From an uncultured Collinsella sp. (GTDB lineage Bacteria; Actinomycetota; Coriobacteriia; Coriobacteriales; Coriobacteriaceae), in the NCBI GenBank assembly GCA_902464495.1, contig CABQJK010000004.1, positions 10,453-74,452 of the forward strand: a DNA stretch of 64,000 nt. Reading direction: 5' to 3'. A program made the position numbers and the translations under genes. The stretch's first letter is position 1. Every line of letters begins with the position of its first letter. This document shows positions 61,967-64,000 of this stretch, in pieces. Under the pieces are notes generated by a model that was not told the origin of the DNA, made no database searches, and saw only the letters and a program-made list of their open reading frames with translations.

Positions 61967-62509
61967 TTACTCGTGAACGATCTCGACATGGACGATCTCG
62001 TCGCCGGCACGCAGCTGCGAAATCACATCGAGACCCTCGACCGTGGTACCAAAGACGGTGTAACCAGAATCGAGGTTATGCTGGGCACCCAGGCAGAAGT
62101 AGAACTGCGAACCCGCGGAATCGGGATCCATGGAGCGTGCCATGGCAAGGGCGCCATCGACATGGCTGTTGCGCGGATTGGTGGCAAACTCGCCCTTGAT
62201 GCAGTAGCCGGGGCCACCGGTACCGGGCATGCCGTCGGGGCCCTCAAGACCGGCGGCGACGTCGGCGCCGGACATGTCGCGGGTATTGGGGTCGCCACCT
62301 TGGATAACAAAACCGGGCACATAGCGATGGAACTTAAGGCCATCATAGAAGCCCATCGTGGAAAGCTCGCAGAAGTTCGCGACATGAATGGGAGCGCCCT
62401 CGCCGTCAAACTTGACCTTGATGGTACCCTTCGACGTCTCGATTACGGCGCACTCGTCGCCGACAAGCTGATACTCGGGCGTGTAGAGCTCTTTCTTAAA
62501 ACCAAACAT
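61967..62509 (-). CDS. Cyclophilin-type peptidyl-prolyl isomerase
   Basis: FYDGLKFHRYVPGFVIQGGDP, AMAR, SAGSQF, YTVFG. Confidence 0.95.
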   Translation of the reverse strand: MFGFKKELYTPEYQLVGDECAVIETSKGTIKVKFDGEGAPIHVANFCELSTMGFYDGLKFHRYVPGFVIQGGDPNTRDMSGADVAAGLEGPDGMPGTGGPGYCIKGEFATNPRNSHVDGALAMARSMDPDSAGSQFYFCLGAQHNLDSGYTVFGTTVEGLDVISQLRAGDEIVHVEIVHE

Positions 62510-62616
62510 GTGGTTCCTTCCTCGTGCGTTTAAAGCATATTTGTACGAATTGTAGCAATAAGCACGGGCTTACATCAATTGCGCACGTAGGTTATGCCGA
62601 CTATGGCGAACTAATT

Positions 62617-63759
62617 TTAGGAACGCTGCTGCGGCTTCCAGGAACCCACATTGGCATCGTACTGGTTCAGCGCGCTGTTGCCACCCTGCGCGATGGGCGC
62701 CAGGATCTCGCTTTGGTGGGAACTCATCGACTCGCCATCGGGAATGGCCAGCGAGATATCCCAGCTCTGGCAGATCACGTCAACGCGCTCATACATCCAC
62801 TCGGCAAGCTGCTTTAAGTGGGCGATGTCATCCGCATAGACCGTATCGTCCTGGTACTTAAGGTTGTTGAGCTCATCTTGCGTCTTTTTGATCTGGTCGC
62901 GCAGGGCGTAGGCACTCTGCGACAGCTCCTGACGGGTGGACAGCGGCGTTCGGAGATAGCCGTTGTTAAAGGAATCGATGACCTCGCCGATCTGGTCCTC
63001 GTCAGCGTAGGACACGATGGTCTGATACAGACCGTCGAGCCTGGTATAGAGCTGATCATCGGTGAGCACGGTTTCTTCCTGGACCACCTCCGCAGAATCG
63101 TCCTGCTTGGTATCGTCCTCAGTGGCCTCGCCCTTTTGGCGCGTGGGGAAGGTGGTCTGTGCAGCTTGGCCAAACTGGTCGTAGAAGCCGGGCATAACAC
63201 CCATGGGATCGGTCGTCACGAACCAATAGGCACCGCCGCAAACGACGGCAAGGACCGCGATTACGATAAGCGGCTTGGGAATATGACGCTTGTGCTTGTG
63301 ATAGGCGTCCTCGTCGGGGTGCACCTTGCGCTTGGGTTTTTGAGCATCGTCATGCAGGGAAACGGGCATGGGAATATCGACCTTGGGGATACCGAAATCC
63401 TTATCGAAAGCCGGCAGCACGCAGGTCTCATTGGGGTCGGCGGCGTCCGAAAGCACCGCAGCGGCAGAGGCCGGCGCATGCGGCACCTCGGTATCGATCT
63501 GCTCTTGCGTTAGGCGCGGAAAGCCCGCCGTGCGGCCCGCTGCCAGGTCGGATGCGGCCGCGTCCTCGGAGAGGATACCCGGAGCGGGGCGTCCGCATTT
63601 GGGGCACGTACGATCATGCGGAGAAAGACGGGCACCACAGCCCTCACAGAACACGAACTCGGTGTGCTCGGGACCATCGCCCGGACCCACATAGGCGTTG
63701 CAGTAGGGGCAGAACGAGGCGCCGTCCTCGATGGTCTTAAGGCAATGCGGACAGATCAC
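62617..63759 (-). CDS. Double zinc-ribbon bitopic membrane protein (GTG start inferred)
   Basis: CPHC...CPYC and CEGC...CPKC, central TM, helical C-terminal domain. Confidence 0.8.
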   Translation of the reverse strand: MICPHCLKTIEDGASFCPYCNAYVGPGDGPEHTEFVFCEGCGARLSPHDRTCPKCGRPAPGILSEDAAASDLAAGRTAGFPRLTQEQIDTEVPHAPASAAAVLSDAADPNETCVLPAFDKDFGIPKVDIPMPVSLHDDAQKPKRKVHPDEDAYHKHKRHIPKPLIVIAVLAVVCGGAYWFVTTDPMGVMPGFYDQFGQAAQTTFPTRQKGEATEDDTKQDDSAEVVQEETVLTDDQLYTRLDGLYQTIVSYADEDQIGEVIDSFNNGYLRTPLSTRQELSQSAYALRDQIKKTQDELNNLKYQDDTVYADDIAHLKQLAEWMYERVDVICQSWDISLAIPDGESMSSHQSEILAPIAQGGNSALNQYDANVGSWKPQQRS

Positions 63760-63862
63760 GGCATCCTCTTTTCGAAGCAATTCAAACAATCGAGGTTAGA
63801 GCATAACATCGCCAAGGCCCCACAGGAGCAAGGCACCAATTCAACATCGCCAGGGCGCGTAG

Positions 63863-64000
63863 TTACTTCTTCTTTTTGCTCGGCATCGAGACTTTGATGC
63901 CTTGGGCGGACTTGGTTACGCGGGAGCGCTTGACTCCGGTACTCTTCTTTTTCTTGGGCTGGGCCTGGGCCACGCCCTCGAGTGCGCGGGCCTCGGCCTC
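63863..64000 (-). CDS. C-terminal end of an unidentified protein with a lysine-rich tail
   Basis: EAEARALEGVAQAQPKKKKSTGVKRSRVTKSAQGIKVSMPSKKKK* in an open frame from the window end. Confidence 0.6.
   Translation of the reverse strand, partial: EAEARALEGVAQAQPKKKKSTGVKRSRVTKSAQGIKVSMPSKKKK

Noticed and set aside
63805..63852. AACATCGCCA direct repeat, two copies 38 nt apart
   Set aside because: Only two 10-bp copies; too little for a CRISPR or operator call

Overview
GC-rich bacterial core-genome window. It is most consistent with Coriobacteriia (Collinsella-like): actinobacterial mIHF occurs together with mreBCD, glyQS and Firmicutes-style gene clusters. That assignment is inference. About 60 CDSs, nearly all on the minus strand. 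In coordinate order: lepA (partial), rpsT, holA, comEC, comEA, thiI, rpoZ, gmk, mihF, pyrF-D-K-C-B-R, rpmB(+), adhE(+), APH-like kinase(+), proS, ispG, rseP, dxr, cdsA, uppS, frr, pyrH, tsf, rpsB, xerC, trmFO, dprA, comM, yraN, rnhB, rplS, ppdK, PDRP, glyS, glyQ, lepB, trmD, rimM, khpA, rpsP, dinB(+), rsfS, yqeK, nadD, obgE, rpmA, rplU, a radical SAM pair, DUF697-like, rodA, pbp2, mreD, mreC, mreB, a TPR membrane protein, a cyclophilin and a zinc-ribbon membrane protein. No rRNA, tRNA, CRISPR or mobile element was seen. Top observation: an identical 20-bp sequence (TTTGGTCAGCTTTTGGTTTG) lies 71-76 nt upstream of both natural-transformation operons (comEA-comEC and yraN-comM-dprA), 28 kb apart. 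Each operon is insulated by an upstream terminator and lacks a sigmaA -10, which suggests a dedicated competence regulon. Other notable items are a probable ATA start for xerC, an HTH-like insert in RseP, a complete but non-canonical PyrR attenuator, and adhE paired with an APH-like kinase behind a 30-bp palindrome.
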